IMG/VR virus record: IMGVR_UViG_2974794945_000001
Span: 293,273 to 305,260 of that record
Reading direction: 5' to 3' (one strand)
Length of the DNA stretch: 11,988 nt
From: a virus
Lineage: Duplodnaviria > Heunggongvirae > Uroviricota > Caudoviricetes
The translations under genes and the position numbers were made by a program. Under the pieces are notes generated by a model, which saw only the letters and a program-made list of their open reading frames with translations, was not told the origin of the DNA and did not search any database. This document shows, in pieces, positions 4,026 to 11,835 of the stretch. Each line of letters starts with the position of its first letter. Position 1 is the first letter of the stretch.

Positions 4026-4505
4026 TTAATTAGTAAATTTACCTGTGGTAACGTCGTAGTGAGATTCGGCAATGTGTTTCCATTCAGGCCATCGTTCACG
4101 AAAAGCTTTACGGGCTATTACCATCTCTTCTGGAGTCAGAACGATATCATACTGAATATCGTTGTTCCAAGGAAGAGGATTAAAACGGCCCGTTGATTTG
4201 TGGTAGAACGAATACTCGCCACTATCTACTGGCATTGCTACAGTATTGTTAGGGCCAGGTTTAACTGGGTGTTCTACTTCTACCCTTGGTGTAGCATTAG
4301 AGGCTTCCTTTAGAATAACAACAATTGATTTCCTGACAAATGGGGTAGGGCTTGCAAACTGGCTTAAGTCTGGAACGTAAGTGTCTTTGGTACCATGTAA
4401 TTGATAGCTTCGGCCATTTGCATTAGATCCTCGAAGACCAGGGAATTGTACTTTGATAAAAGTTTCTTGATCTGCTGATTGGACTTCAGTTGATGTTCGT
4501 TCCAC
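4026..4505 (-). CDS. Hypothetical protein, up to 159 aa; start uncertain
   Basis: ORF from the track. GTG start with a GGAAGGT SD-like element, but it overlaps the upstream gene by 142 nt. Alternative ATG at 4235 has no clear SD. Confidence 0.65.
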   Translation of the reverse strand: MERTSTEVQSADQETFIKVQFPGLRGSNANGRSYQLHGTKDTYVPDLSQFASPTPFVRKSIVVILKEASNATPRVEVEHPVKPGPNNTVAMPVDSGEYSFYHKSTGRFNPLPWNNDIQYDIVLTPEEMVIARKAFRERWPEWKHIAESHYDVTTGKFTN

Positions 4506-4780
4506 TGGTAACCTTCCACTTCCATAAACATGACAAACAAAGGCTTATCAGAAACAATAGCCAGTTCGGTTAGTTCTGCTACTGAATACATTCCAATAGC
4601 GGCTGGTGTAATTACAAAGACATTAGCCGAAGCTTCTTCTTTAGCCCTATCTTCACGGGCAGCATCTTCGGGTTTCCAATCGGCCATTACTGGATTAAAG
4701 TAAGGTACCTTTAATAGAGGAATTAAAAGCTCACGATAATCAGGGCCTGCGCAAGTGCCACCTAAAAAGACTTCACTCAT
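4364..4780 (-). CDS. Nucleoside 2-deoxyribosyltransferase-like protein (Nuc_deoxyri_tr2-type)
   Basis: VFLGGTC...YRELLIPLL...YFNPV..DW...E...K...VFVITP...GMYSVAE motif. Start placed at ATG 4780 (MSEVFLGG), coupled to the upstream TGA. Confidence 0.8.
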   Translation of the reverse strand: MSEVFLGGTCAGPDYRELLIPLLKVPYFNPVMADWKPEDAAREDRAKEEASANVFVITPAAIGMYSVAELTELAIVSDKPLFVMFMEVEGYQWNEHQLKSNQQIKKLLSKYNSLVFEDLMQMAEAINYMVPKTLTFQT

Positions 4781-4971
4781 TTGACAGTCACCCGAACACC
4801 TTTGTTCCACAAATCTACTCGACCAAAAAGACGATAGTTATTACGCCCTACGCCAATGCGAATCATTTCATTACCTGGTTTATTGACGAGTGGGGTGAAC
4901 TTAACTTGCTTTGATGCTCGAATTATTGATGTTGCCAATGCTGTCGCTACTAACTTGATTAATTGATCCAT
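4777..4971 (-). CDS. Small basic hypothetical protein, 64 aa
   Basis: ORF from the track. Stop coupled by ATGA to the next gene; overlaps the S/N-rich tail of DUF1353 by 71 nt. Confidence 0.65.
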   Translation of the reverse strand: MDQLIKLVATALATSIIRASKQVKFTPLVNKPGNEMIRIGVGRNNYRLFGRVDLWNKGVRVTVK

Positions 4972-5437
4972 TTTCTAGTTCCACTTTCTTTCTATTGATA
5001 ACCGGTTTGGTTGGATTAGTCAATACACGGTAACCATCAATACCCACTTGAATAACGTTACGTCTCCAAGCTGCAACTTCTAGTACTCGCATTGCTTCAT
5101 ACAAAATGCGATCTACTTCTTTGCGATCAATTCTTACCTGTGTAGGTACACCATTGATTACCTGGGTAATTTCGTAATGTTCACAGAGGTAGTCATGTAA
5201 AGTAGTAGCTTGAGAGTATTCGCCTAATGGGGAGATAAGCCATTGGAAGATAAATGGAACAGAAGCACCGTCCGTTAGAAAACCGGTAGGAATGTCAACA
5301 TACTTGTCTGAGTTTTCTTGTCCGATGTAATAACGGAAACCAGGAATGACACGGTAATAAGTTTTACCTAAGATACGACTAGCTTCTTTATCAAACGTCA
5401 GTTGTTCGTCTGCGGTGAATCGAGTAAACGTACTCAT
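4901..5437 (-). CDS. DUF1353 family phage protein
   Basis: IPTGFLTDGASVP...W...P.G.Y..A..LHDYL...R...DRILYEAM..L.V..WRR signature. Confidence 0.85.
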   Translation of the reverse strand: MSTFTRFTADEQLTFDKEASRILGKTYYRVIPGFRYYIGQENSDKYVDIPTGFLTDGASVPFIFQWLISPLGEYSQATTLHDYLCEHYEITQVINGVPTQVRIDRKEVDRILYEAMRVLEVAAWRRNVIQVGIDGYRVLTNPTKPVINRKKVELENGSINQVSSDSIGNINNSSIKAS

Positions 5438-5462
5438 TGTTATTTCGCCTGTGGTTGTTGTA

Positions 5463-5473
5463 CATACGATTAC
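5463..5473 (-). promoter_or_regulatory. Possible late-type promoter GTAATCGTATG
   Basis: TATG-ending variant of the repeated GTAATxxTAT motif, between a hairpin and the DUF1353 start. A sister copy GTAATCATATG lies at 6234-6244. Confidence 0.4.
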
Positions 5474-5477
5474 GGCA

Positions 5478-5502
5478 TAGAGAGAGCCATTGGCTCTCTC
5501 TA
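5478..5502. terminator. Terminator-like hairpin between the virion gene and DUF1353
   Basis: TAGAGAGAGCC-ATT-GGCTCTCTCTA, 11-bp perfect stem right after the stop at 5505. The T-run is on the plus side, so direction is uncertain. Confidence 0.6.
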
Positions 5503-5504
5503 TT

Positions 5505-6212
5505 TTATCCGCTTACATATTCTACAACTGGACGCCATGCACGGTTCTTATCTGTTGTAGTGGTACTGTACGGATAAAGTCCCGTAACTGCGCCACTACC
5601 ATTATTTCGTTGTACGTGATTTCCTGTACCAGAAATTAACTCTTGCATGATTGGGCAAGCCCCTAGCTGACTAAGTGTTCCTAAACCCATATCCGTAGGT
5701 GTATAGTCCGCCAATATTGGTCCTTCCAATGCTGTTCTTGTTGCCGACGTATTAATAAGACCATACATTAATTTGTTCCATTCTGAGCCGACCGAACCAG
5801 GTGGATTTAATGTATTTATTGCCCCGTCATAAGGACTAGAGTTAGCGCCGCGCATTAACCTAACTCGATATGTCACACCTTTAATAACAACAAGTTTATT
5901 TTGTGTTGGTGTAACTACACCAAAATTATTAAGGGAAGTCCATGACAAGTTAGTTCGAATAGACATCTTTGGAATAAATTGAATGTTGCCATTAAAAGCT
6001 AATTTAATCCAGTTAACTGTATCGTTAACTAACACTCCACCCGTTACACCACATAGTGCAGCTAGCTCTGAGCCACTAATAAATTCACTACTACCTACTT
6101 CACCAAAGTAACCAATTTGGTCGTTACCTGTGGCCAACACTTGTGGCCCCGGAATACCGTTAGGCCATGTAGTCTGTTTCCCAATACCTGAAGAGACTAA
6201 TAAGTCAAACAT
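5505..6212 (-). CDS. Putative virion structural protein of the phiKZ gp131-like paralogue family
   Basis: GPQVL..GN...GYFGEV...EFISG..LA...G...G...WIK....G...FIPK..IR..LSW..L...G.V...YRVRL..G...SEWNKLMY...QE...R...WRPVVE pattern, which I recognise from phiKZ-like tail-associated paralogues. Confidence 0.75.
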   Translation of the reverse strand: MFDLLVSSGIGKQTTWPNGIPGPQVLATGNDQIGYFGEVGSSEFISGSELAALCGVTGGVLVNDTVNWIKLAFNGNIQFIPKMSIRTNLSWTSLNNFGVVTPTQNKLVVIKGVTYRVRLMRGANSSPYDGAINTLNPPGSVGSEWNKLMYGLINTSATRTALEGPILADYTPTDMGLGTLSQLGACPIMQELISGTGNHVQRNNGSGAVTGLYPYSTTTTDKNRAWRPVVEYVSG

Positions 6213-6233
6213 AATTGTTACTCAGAAAAAATT

Positions 6234-6244
6234 CATATGATTAC
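6234..6244 (-). promoter_or_regulatory. Possible late-type promoter GTAATCATATG
   Basis: Between a terminator and the virion gene start; near-identical to 5463-5473. Confidence 0.4.
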
Positions 6245-6248
6245 GACA

Positions 6249-6276
6249 TAAAGGCCATCCCTAAGGACAGCCTTTA
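6249..6276 (-). terminator. Terminator-like hairpin
   Basis: Minus strand TAAAGGCTGTCC-TTAG-GGATGGCCTTTA: 12-bp stem that closes fully only on the minus strand, via two G-U pairs. Confidence 0.65.
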
Positions 6277-6369
6277 AGAAATGATAGCTACAGAAGGATC
6301 TCTTCTAGAGAACTCTACGATAGAGTGCCCGGCGGGTAACTAGTAGGTGTTGAGACAGCAGGTCTCTAA
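6249..6369 (-). ncRNA. Candidate ~120-nt small RNA between a promoter motif and a terminator
   Basis: No ATG-initiated ORF. Hairpins GAGAC-CTGCT-GTCTC, ACTCTA-TCG-TAGAGT and TAGAAG-AGATC-CTTCTG. Confidence 0.5.
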
Positions 6370-6394
6370 CATACTATTACCTACCCAGTATTTT
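6370..6394 (-). promoter_or_regulatory. Promoter-like motif AAAATAC-TGGGTAGGTAATAGTATG
   Basis: Copy of the repeated motif ending in TATG, immediately after the stop of the head protein gene. Confidence 0.55.
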
Positions 6395-8201
6395 ATTCAT
6401 TGCTATTTACTTTTACACCAGTGATGGATTTCTCAATCCAACGCATCAAACCAGTAGCCATTGATTCTACAAGATCCCAATAAGCATATTGGTTCTGGAA
6501 AAACAATTCCACAAAGTATTCTTGAATTCCATCTACCTCATCGTACAACTTAAGTAATGCTTCTTTTAGTTGTTTGTCATTTACATCACGAATAAGGTGC
6601 ATTCTTTTGTAATCAATGTGCATAGGAAAACTACCCATTGATAAACCAATGTATTCATCACGTGCTTTGATGAGTTCGATTACTGTATTAGTAGCAGCTT
6701 TAACACCAGCAATATCTAAACTAGGTAATTCAACTTCGGCATCGTCATCTAAGAAGTTATTAGGTTCTTTGTGATCAACGTCAAAATCTAATTCTTCAAA
6801 GTTAGCTGATTTTAATAGCTTCTCGACTTGCTCTGTATTTGCACCCTTAACATTGCCTTCCGTAATAAGTACTATAGCTGCACTGATTGGTTTTGCCCAA
6901 GCATCAGTTTTAGTACCGTTATGTTTACCGGTACGTTCCAATTCTTCTTTAATGCGTTTAACCACGGGTTGGTAATTGCCATCCATAGCTGCATCAGGAA
7001 AACGAACTGTAACTTTACCTGCAGTGATTGTTTGTTTCTTCAACCAACTATCATTGAGTAAAGTATCTTTTAATTTATCAATGGAATGCTTATCTACAGA
7101 TTCATCTACGGCTAGTTCTTTAGGCTTAGCTTTAAAGAGATCTTTTAAAGCATCAATCAAACCCTCGTTAGAAACTATGTGTTGTTCATTAGCAACTGTA
7201 GCCTTACCACCTTTAATAGAACGTTCCATGTAAATAACTGCGGCGATACATGTAGCGCTAAATTGACGCGATCCTTGCAATGCTTCTTGAATACCACTAT
7301 GCGACAATTTTTCCAACACACGGGTAGTTAGCTTTTCCCAAGCTTGTGAATTATAAGACTCACTTTCTAGGTCATTGCGTACAATTTCAAAATGGGCTTC
7401 TGAGAAACCACCTAATCCTTGGTCTAACTCATCATTTTGATTTTCAATCCGGGCAACGTCTGTTTTTATACATGTTAATATTGCCGTGGCTAATTCCAAC
7501 ATGGCTTCTGTGCTAAGAGGGGATGCTGTTGGTTCACCTTTACTCGGCAACAGATTTGTTTTAGTGCGTGTAGGTTTCTTAATGACATCTAAAACGTTTG
7601 GAATTGTATTCAATGCTTCCGAAGTCTTTTCGTATGCTTTGTCCGTAAGTTTACGTGCATCCCACAATTTTAAAACAGGTTGCAAATGTTTAATTACTTC
7701 TAACTGCGCACGGTCTACAGCTTGAGCAAAGGATAGATTAATAGCAAATGTCTCTTGTACACTGCTCACTAAATTCTTTAGATTCAGATCTTCTAACAAG
7801 TCAGAAACTTTTACATCGTGTTTAACTGGCGTTTGTTTATCTAACCATTCTTTGGACGCAAACGTACCTTCAATTGTTTTATGGATCTTGCCAATGCTTG
7901 CACTAGCATTACCATCAATCTCAATAAACTTCTTACCACGGTTATGAATACCAAACAACTTTCTTACCGATTCAATAACCCCTTCATTAGAAACAGTATC
8001 TTCTGGATCGACGATAGTTATTTCTTTATGTTGTTCTGTATCGTCTGTTACTCGCCCGCCCCCAGCGTTAGAATGTAACTCACGGGTTGTACCATCTTCG
8101 TCATCTGGTACGTGTGGACGATTACCTGGGTCCTCACGAGTACCCGGTTCATTAAGAGGGGGCTTACCCTCAGTTTCTTCCATCCAGTCGTATACGTTCA
8201 T
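6393..8201 (-). CDS. Putative internal head (inner-body-type) virion protein with two related domains and S/A-N-E protease motifs
   Basis: Acidic, low-complexity N-terminal propeptide. SNEGVIESVRKLF (aa 71) and ANE...SNEGLIDALKDLF (aa 337/344) fit the S/A/G-X-E specificity known for the phiKZ prohead protease gp175. Confidence 0.75.
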   Translation of the reverse strand: MNVYDWMEETEGKPPLNEPGTREDPGNRPHVPDDEDGTTRELHSNAGGGRVTDDTEQHKEITIVDPEDTVSNEGVIESVRKLFGIHNRGKKFIEIDGNASASIGKIHKTIEGTFASKEWLDKQTPVKHDVKVSDLLEDLNLKNLVSSVQETFAINLSFAQAVDRAQLEVIKHLQPVLKLWDARKLTDKAYEKTSEALNTIPNVLDVIKKPTRTKTNLLPSKGEPTASPLSTEAMLELATAILTCIKTDVARIENQNDELDQGLGGFSEAHFEIVRNDLESESYNSQAWEKLTTRVLEKLSHSGIQEALQGSRQFSATCIAAVIYMERSIKGGKATVANEQHIVSNEGLIDALKDLFKAKPKELAVDESVDKHSIDKLKDTLLNDSWLKKQTITAGKVTVRFPDAAMDGNYQPVVKRIKEELERTGKHNGTKTDAWAKPISAAIVLITEGNVKGANTEQVEKLLKSANFEELDFDVDHKEPNNFLDDDAEVELPSLDIAGVKAATNTVIELIKARDEYIGLSMGSFPMHIDYKRMHLIRDVNDKQLKEALLKLYDEVDGIQEYFVELFFQNQYAYWDLVESMATGLMRWIEKSITGVKVNSNE

Positions 8202-8243
8202 TGCAGTTCCTTGGTGTGTTTGTGTTGTGATATAAGATTGAGG

Positions 8244-8273
8244 CGAACAAATGGCTTCCCCTAGGGGAAGCCA
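8244..8273 (-). terminator. Intrinsic terminator of nrdAB
   Basis: TGGCTTCCC-CTAG-GGGAAGCCA, 9-bp stem, followed by TTTGTT on the minus strand, 8 nt after the nrdB stop. Confidence 0.75.
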
Positions 8274-8281
8274 ATATGTCG

Positions 8282-9499
8282 TTATGCCGGTACCACTTCT
8301 TTTGGCTGATAGTCTTTCAACAGAGCCATATCAAAACCAGGAATAGCAAATTCAAAGGTTGCGTTCTCATCACGACGTGTCAACAGATTCGTCATGTAAT
8401 CACCTTTCTTTTCTTCTTGTGCAGAAGCTTGTGTAGCGGAGATCTGAATGTACTTGGTCATGTAAGGAAGAGGGTTCTTCTCAGGCCATTCAAATGGGAA
8501 ACCAGAGATTTGCTCAAAGTCCCAATCAAACCGGAAGAAGATGTCATCTTTAACGCCCAAGAATTCTGCTGCTGCTTTAGCGTTAAACAGAACCCATTGA
8601 ATCAAAGACTTGGCAGTAACACCTGTCAGTTCACGACCTTCTGAGAACAGGTAAGTAGCCCATTCAACTTCAGTGCGAATAACTTCCCACAACAAACGGA
8701 CAATCTTATCTTTACATTGTTCGTACGCAATCTTACCACGTTCAGTAGCAAGTTCTGCTCGCAGTACATGTTGACCGAATTGTGCATGGATCTCAAATTC
8801 ATCAATTGCGATCTTTTGGACTGCTTTAGTAATCTGTTGGAACAGACCAGTACGACCAATGGCAAAGGTTACAGCAAACGATGCCATGAACTGGATACGT
8901 TCCAAGAAGTACAATGCAATCAAGAACATGAAAATATCGTTATATGTTTCTTGGGTGTTACCTACTTCACCAAGACCATACTGCAATGATGTTTTCAATG
9001 CACGAGACATTACATCGGAGACTACGGTCATCCGAGAGTGTGCTTCTTCTACTTTCAGAATCTCTTCACGAATCTCATCCGGATCATCAAAAGAACCACG
9101 AACGATTTCAGAATACGTCAACGCGTGAACACATTCGTTTTCAGAGATACGGTTATAGCCAGTCCAGATACGGCCATCAGTTACAACGTTACCCAGAATG
9201 GTTACAATCGAACGAGAGGCGACCGAGTCTGCTTCCCATTGCCATGCTAGGGTTTTAATCATCATGTCGTAGATCGACTTGTCAGCTGCTTTGAATTCAG
9301 CATTACAAGAAGAGAAGTCGAATTCTAGTTCATCCCAATCCAGCGAACGAAGACGCTTGTACAATGCCCAAGCTTCTGGATGGTTGTGTGTAATGGAGTC
9401 AAGCAAACCTGGATCTTCACCCAAGATGATGCTGTAGGAACCGTAGTCCCCTTTACTCAAGTTAAAAATCTTTGAAGACGTATCTGCAACAGTAGTCAT
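8282..9499 (-). CDS. nrdB: Ribonucleoside-diphosphate reductase class Ia beta subunit
   Basis: Ferritin-like ligands WEADS, ENECVHALTY (E..H...Y radical tyrosine), LERIQF and DEFEIH; C-terminal GDY. Start placed at ATG 9499 (MTTVAD) rather than 9562, which overlaps nrdA. Confidence 0.95.
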   Translation of the reverse strand: MTTVADTSSKIFNLSKGDYGSYSIILGEDPGLLDSITHNHPEAWALYKRLRSLDWDELEFDFSSCNAEFKAADKSIYDMMIKTLAWQWEADSVASRSIVTILGNVVTDGRIWTGYNRISENECVHALTYSEIVRGSFDDPDEIREEILKVEEAHSRMTVVSDVMSRALKTSLQYGLGEVGNTQETYNDIFMFLIALYFLERIQFMASFAVTFAIGRTGLFQQITKAVQKIAIDEFEIHAQFGQHVLRAELATERGKIAYEQCKDKIVRLLWEVIRTEVEWATYLFSEGRELTGVTAKSLIQWVLFNAKAAAEFLGVKDDIFFRFDWDFEQISGFPFEWPEKNPLPYMTKYIQISATQASAQEEKKGDYMTNLLTRRDENATFEFAIPGFDMALLKDYQPKEVVPA

Positions 9500-9549
9500 G
9501 TATATTTTCCAATTAGGGTGTTGTGGGTGACCGAAGCCACCCAGTCTAT

Positions 9550-11835
9550 TCAGAGGGAGCAAGCACCACTGGCACAGCCAGCATCTTCAGTTGTGTTAGC
9601 AAACGCAGACACACCACCATTCAAGTTTGCACCAGCAACGATTTCAACGTTGTGGTAGTAACGAGTTTTCTGACCTACGTGGTTCATGTACAACCAATCG
9701 TCAATCAGTTCGTTCGAATAGATGTGTTCTTGACCTGGAAGGATTCGACGGAACAAGTCAGCAGAGATACCACCATCAGTCCATTTCTGCCAGATGCCGT
9801 ATCCATCAATTTGACGACGTGTTGGAATTTCCCAAGCCAGTTCATATTCGTATTCAGGATCATCGCTGAACGGAGCAGCCCACTGAATGGTAATGTTGTT
9901 GTCTGTCTTGATGATAGTCAATGCACGAACGGCGTAGATTGAGTTAGCGCCACCCAGTGCTTTAGACGAAGCTTCGCCTGGCATGAATGCACCCAATACA
10001 GAGTGAGCCAACCCACCAGCTTTGATGATCAGTTTACGCAGTGGTTCCCAGTCTTGTTCGTTAACAAAACCACCAGCAACAACGGTATCAATGTTACGGT
10101 TGTAAGTATCGAGAGGCAACCAACCTTGAGGCCACTTGGTCTTATGAATCCATGGAGCCAACCCACGCTCTTCAACAATACGTAGCGATGCTTTGATCAA
10201 GCAATACATGTGGCGTTCTGCAAGACGGTGCATCTCACGCAAACCTTCTTCCGAAGAATAACGCAGTTTACGTTTGGCCATGTGGGTAGCCAGACCCATG
10301 ATACCAACACCAGCGGAGCGTCGAGATTTAGCAGTCAGTTCCAAATGCGGGAAAGCATATTCGGAATTGTCAATACAGTAGTCAATCATCTTCAATGCAT
10401 AGTAAGAAACTTCTTCATAACGCTCTTGGGTATGAATGTTGTTTACTACAATTGCAGCCAACGAACAAGTAGCAATTTCACCACGGCCATGATCTTCAGT
10501 TGAGTGCAGATCTTGCATCGAGTAATACGGTGCCGTCGGTTGGCAGATTTCCAAACACAGGTTAGACGACAAGATTGGATCAAGGAAAGGCGTGTGCCGA
10601 TTGATCTCAGTCATGTTAGCCCAGTAAGCTGTACCGGTTTCAATACCTTCGTTCAGTGCAGTCAATACAACTTTACGTGCGTTGACGTAAACTTTCTTGA
10701 ATGCTGGATCTTTCTCGTACTGCATGTACAGATTAATAAACTTGGAGATATCGCCATCATAGAAAGCAGTGTGTAGATCTGGAGCAGTGTAGATGTTCCA
10801 GGTCATCATCTCTCTGTCATTTGCAACCAACCATGCGGTAAAGGTGTTGGTCATCATGGCGTAATGCAGGTCACGGTTCTTTTTGTCGTCAGTCGACTTA
10901 GGGTTCCGCAAACGGGAGATGGTTTCTACTTCTGGGTCAAAGACGTTGTAGTACAATGAAATTGCACCGCCACGACCGTTCTGTGTGTTAGCACGAACAG
11001 CTTTACCTTGAGCAGCAATGTACGGCAGTTTACCTTGGTGTTTGATCAGACCGTTACGAACTGGATCGTTCAAAGAACGAGTAATCAAGTTAACGCCAAT
11101 GCCTGCAGCTTTCTGTGTCATCACGTTAGCAATGTAATCACCAACTGCTAGCGATACGCCATTATCACCGGAAGCAAACAAGCAGCACGATGCAAAGCCT
11201 TTAAGGACAGTACCCAGGTTAACGTAGTTAGGTGTTGGTGCAGACAGTTCCCGTTGCGAGAACATCTCGTACCAATTCTTAACATGTTTCATACGTACAT
11301 TAGCTGGCTCTTTCTCAGCCAATGCCATAGCCATACGCATGTAAGTGAACTGAGGTGTTTCATATTCTTTCTTGGTAACACGGTTCATCAGGGAATACTT
11401 CTGACGAATGTGATGCAAAGCAAAGTGTGGTGAATCCAAGTCTAGATCGTGATTGATCAGTTTTTCTAGTTGTGCATATTCACGAGTAGAGTAATCCAAC
11501 TTAACCATTACTTTGTCAGCACGCATCCGAGTGTGCAGTGCTTTAATGCTTGGGATACCATCCAGGCTGTAAATCTTCTTGCGTACACTTACTGCATACA
11601 AACGACCAGCTGCTACATAAGCTGACCAGGTTTCCATATCCAGCAGTCGATTGATAAGTGCTTGTTGGAATTCTTGAGAGTGGACTTTCTCTGGCAGTTC
11701 AGCAACTGTATCCATTACAACAGATGCCCAGTCGATATTGTGCAGGTTCTTAGAGAACCACTCACCCCAACCGTTGGCTTTATGAGCCATGTAGGGTTCT
11801 TCAGTGCCGTCCAACTTGATGATTGTCTTGATCAT
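9550..11835 (-). CDS. nrdA: Ribonucleoside-diphosphate reductase class Ia alpha subunit, uninterrupted
   Basis: FASCCLF, SSNLCLEI (N-x-C-x-E), ATCSLA, KTRYY tyrosine pair and C-terminal GCASGACSL redox Cys pair. N-terminal MIKTIIKLDG is ATP-cone-like. Confidence 0.97.
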   Translation of the reverse strand: MIKTIIKLDGTEEPYMAHKANGWGEWFSKNLHNIDWASVVMDTVAELPEKVHSQEFQQALINRLLDMETWSAYVAAGRLYAVSVRKKIYSLDGIPSIKALHTRMRADKVMVKLDYSTREYAQLEKLINHDLDLDSPHFALHHIRQKYSLMNRVTKKEYETPQFTYMRMAMALAEKEPANVRMKHVKNWYEMFSQRELSAPTPNYVNLGTVLKGFASCCLFASGDNGVSLAVGDYIANVMTQKAAGIGVNLITRSLNDPVRNGLIKHQGKLPYIAAQGKAVRANTQNGRGGAISLYYNVFDPEVETISRLRNPKSTDDKKNRDLHYAMMTNTFTAWLVANDREMMTWNIYTAPDLHTAFYDGDISKFINLYMQYEKDPAFKKVYVNARKVVLTALNEGIETGTAYWANMTEINRHTPFLDPILSSNLCLEICQPTAPYYSMQDLHSTEDHGRGEIATCSLAAIVVNNIHTQERYEEVSYYALKMIDYCIDNSEYAFPHLELTAKSRRSAGVGIMGLATHMAKRKLRYSSEEGLREMHRLAERHMYCLIKASLRIVEERGLAPWIHKTKWPQGWLPLDTYNRNIDTVVAGGFVNEQDWEPLRKLIIKAGGLAHSVLGAFMPGEASSKALGGANSIYAVRALTIIKTDNNITIQWAAPFSDDPEYEYELAWEIPTRRQIDGYGIWQKWTDGGISADLFRRILPGQEHIYSNELIDDWLYMNHVGQKTRYYHNVEIVAGANLNGGVSAFANTTEDAGCASGACSL

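Noticed and set aside
1095-4196. Track ORFs 1095-1316(+), 1593-1778(-), 2853-3062(+), 3292-3486(-), 3501-3716(+), 3903-4196(+)
   Set aside because: They overlap the HNH gene, tRNA-Asn, tRNA-His, the 283-aa gene or a terminator/promoter, and lack protein-like features.
6828-10776. Numerous plus-strand ORFs of 65-139 aa (e.g. 6976-7233, 8276-8644, 8944-9258, 9523-9942, 10210-10503)
   Set aside because: They lie antisense to well-supported genes (head protein, nrdB, nrdA), show no recognisable motifs and are typical shadow frames.
8282-11835. Intron or intein in nrdA/nrdB, which is common in phages
   Set aside because: Both frames are continuous, of normal length and carry all catalytic motifs. 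No splicing motifs or inserted endonuclease were seen.
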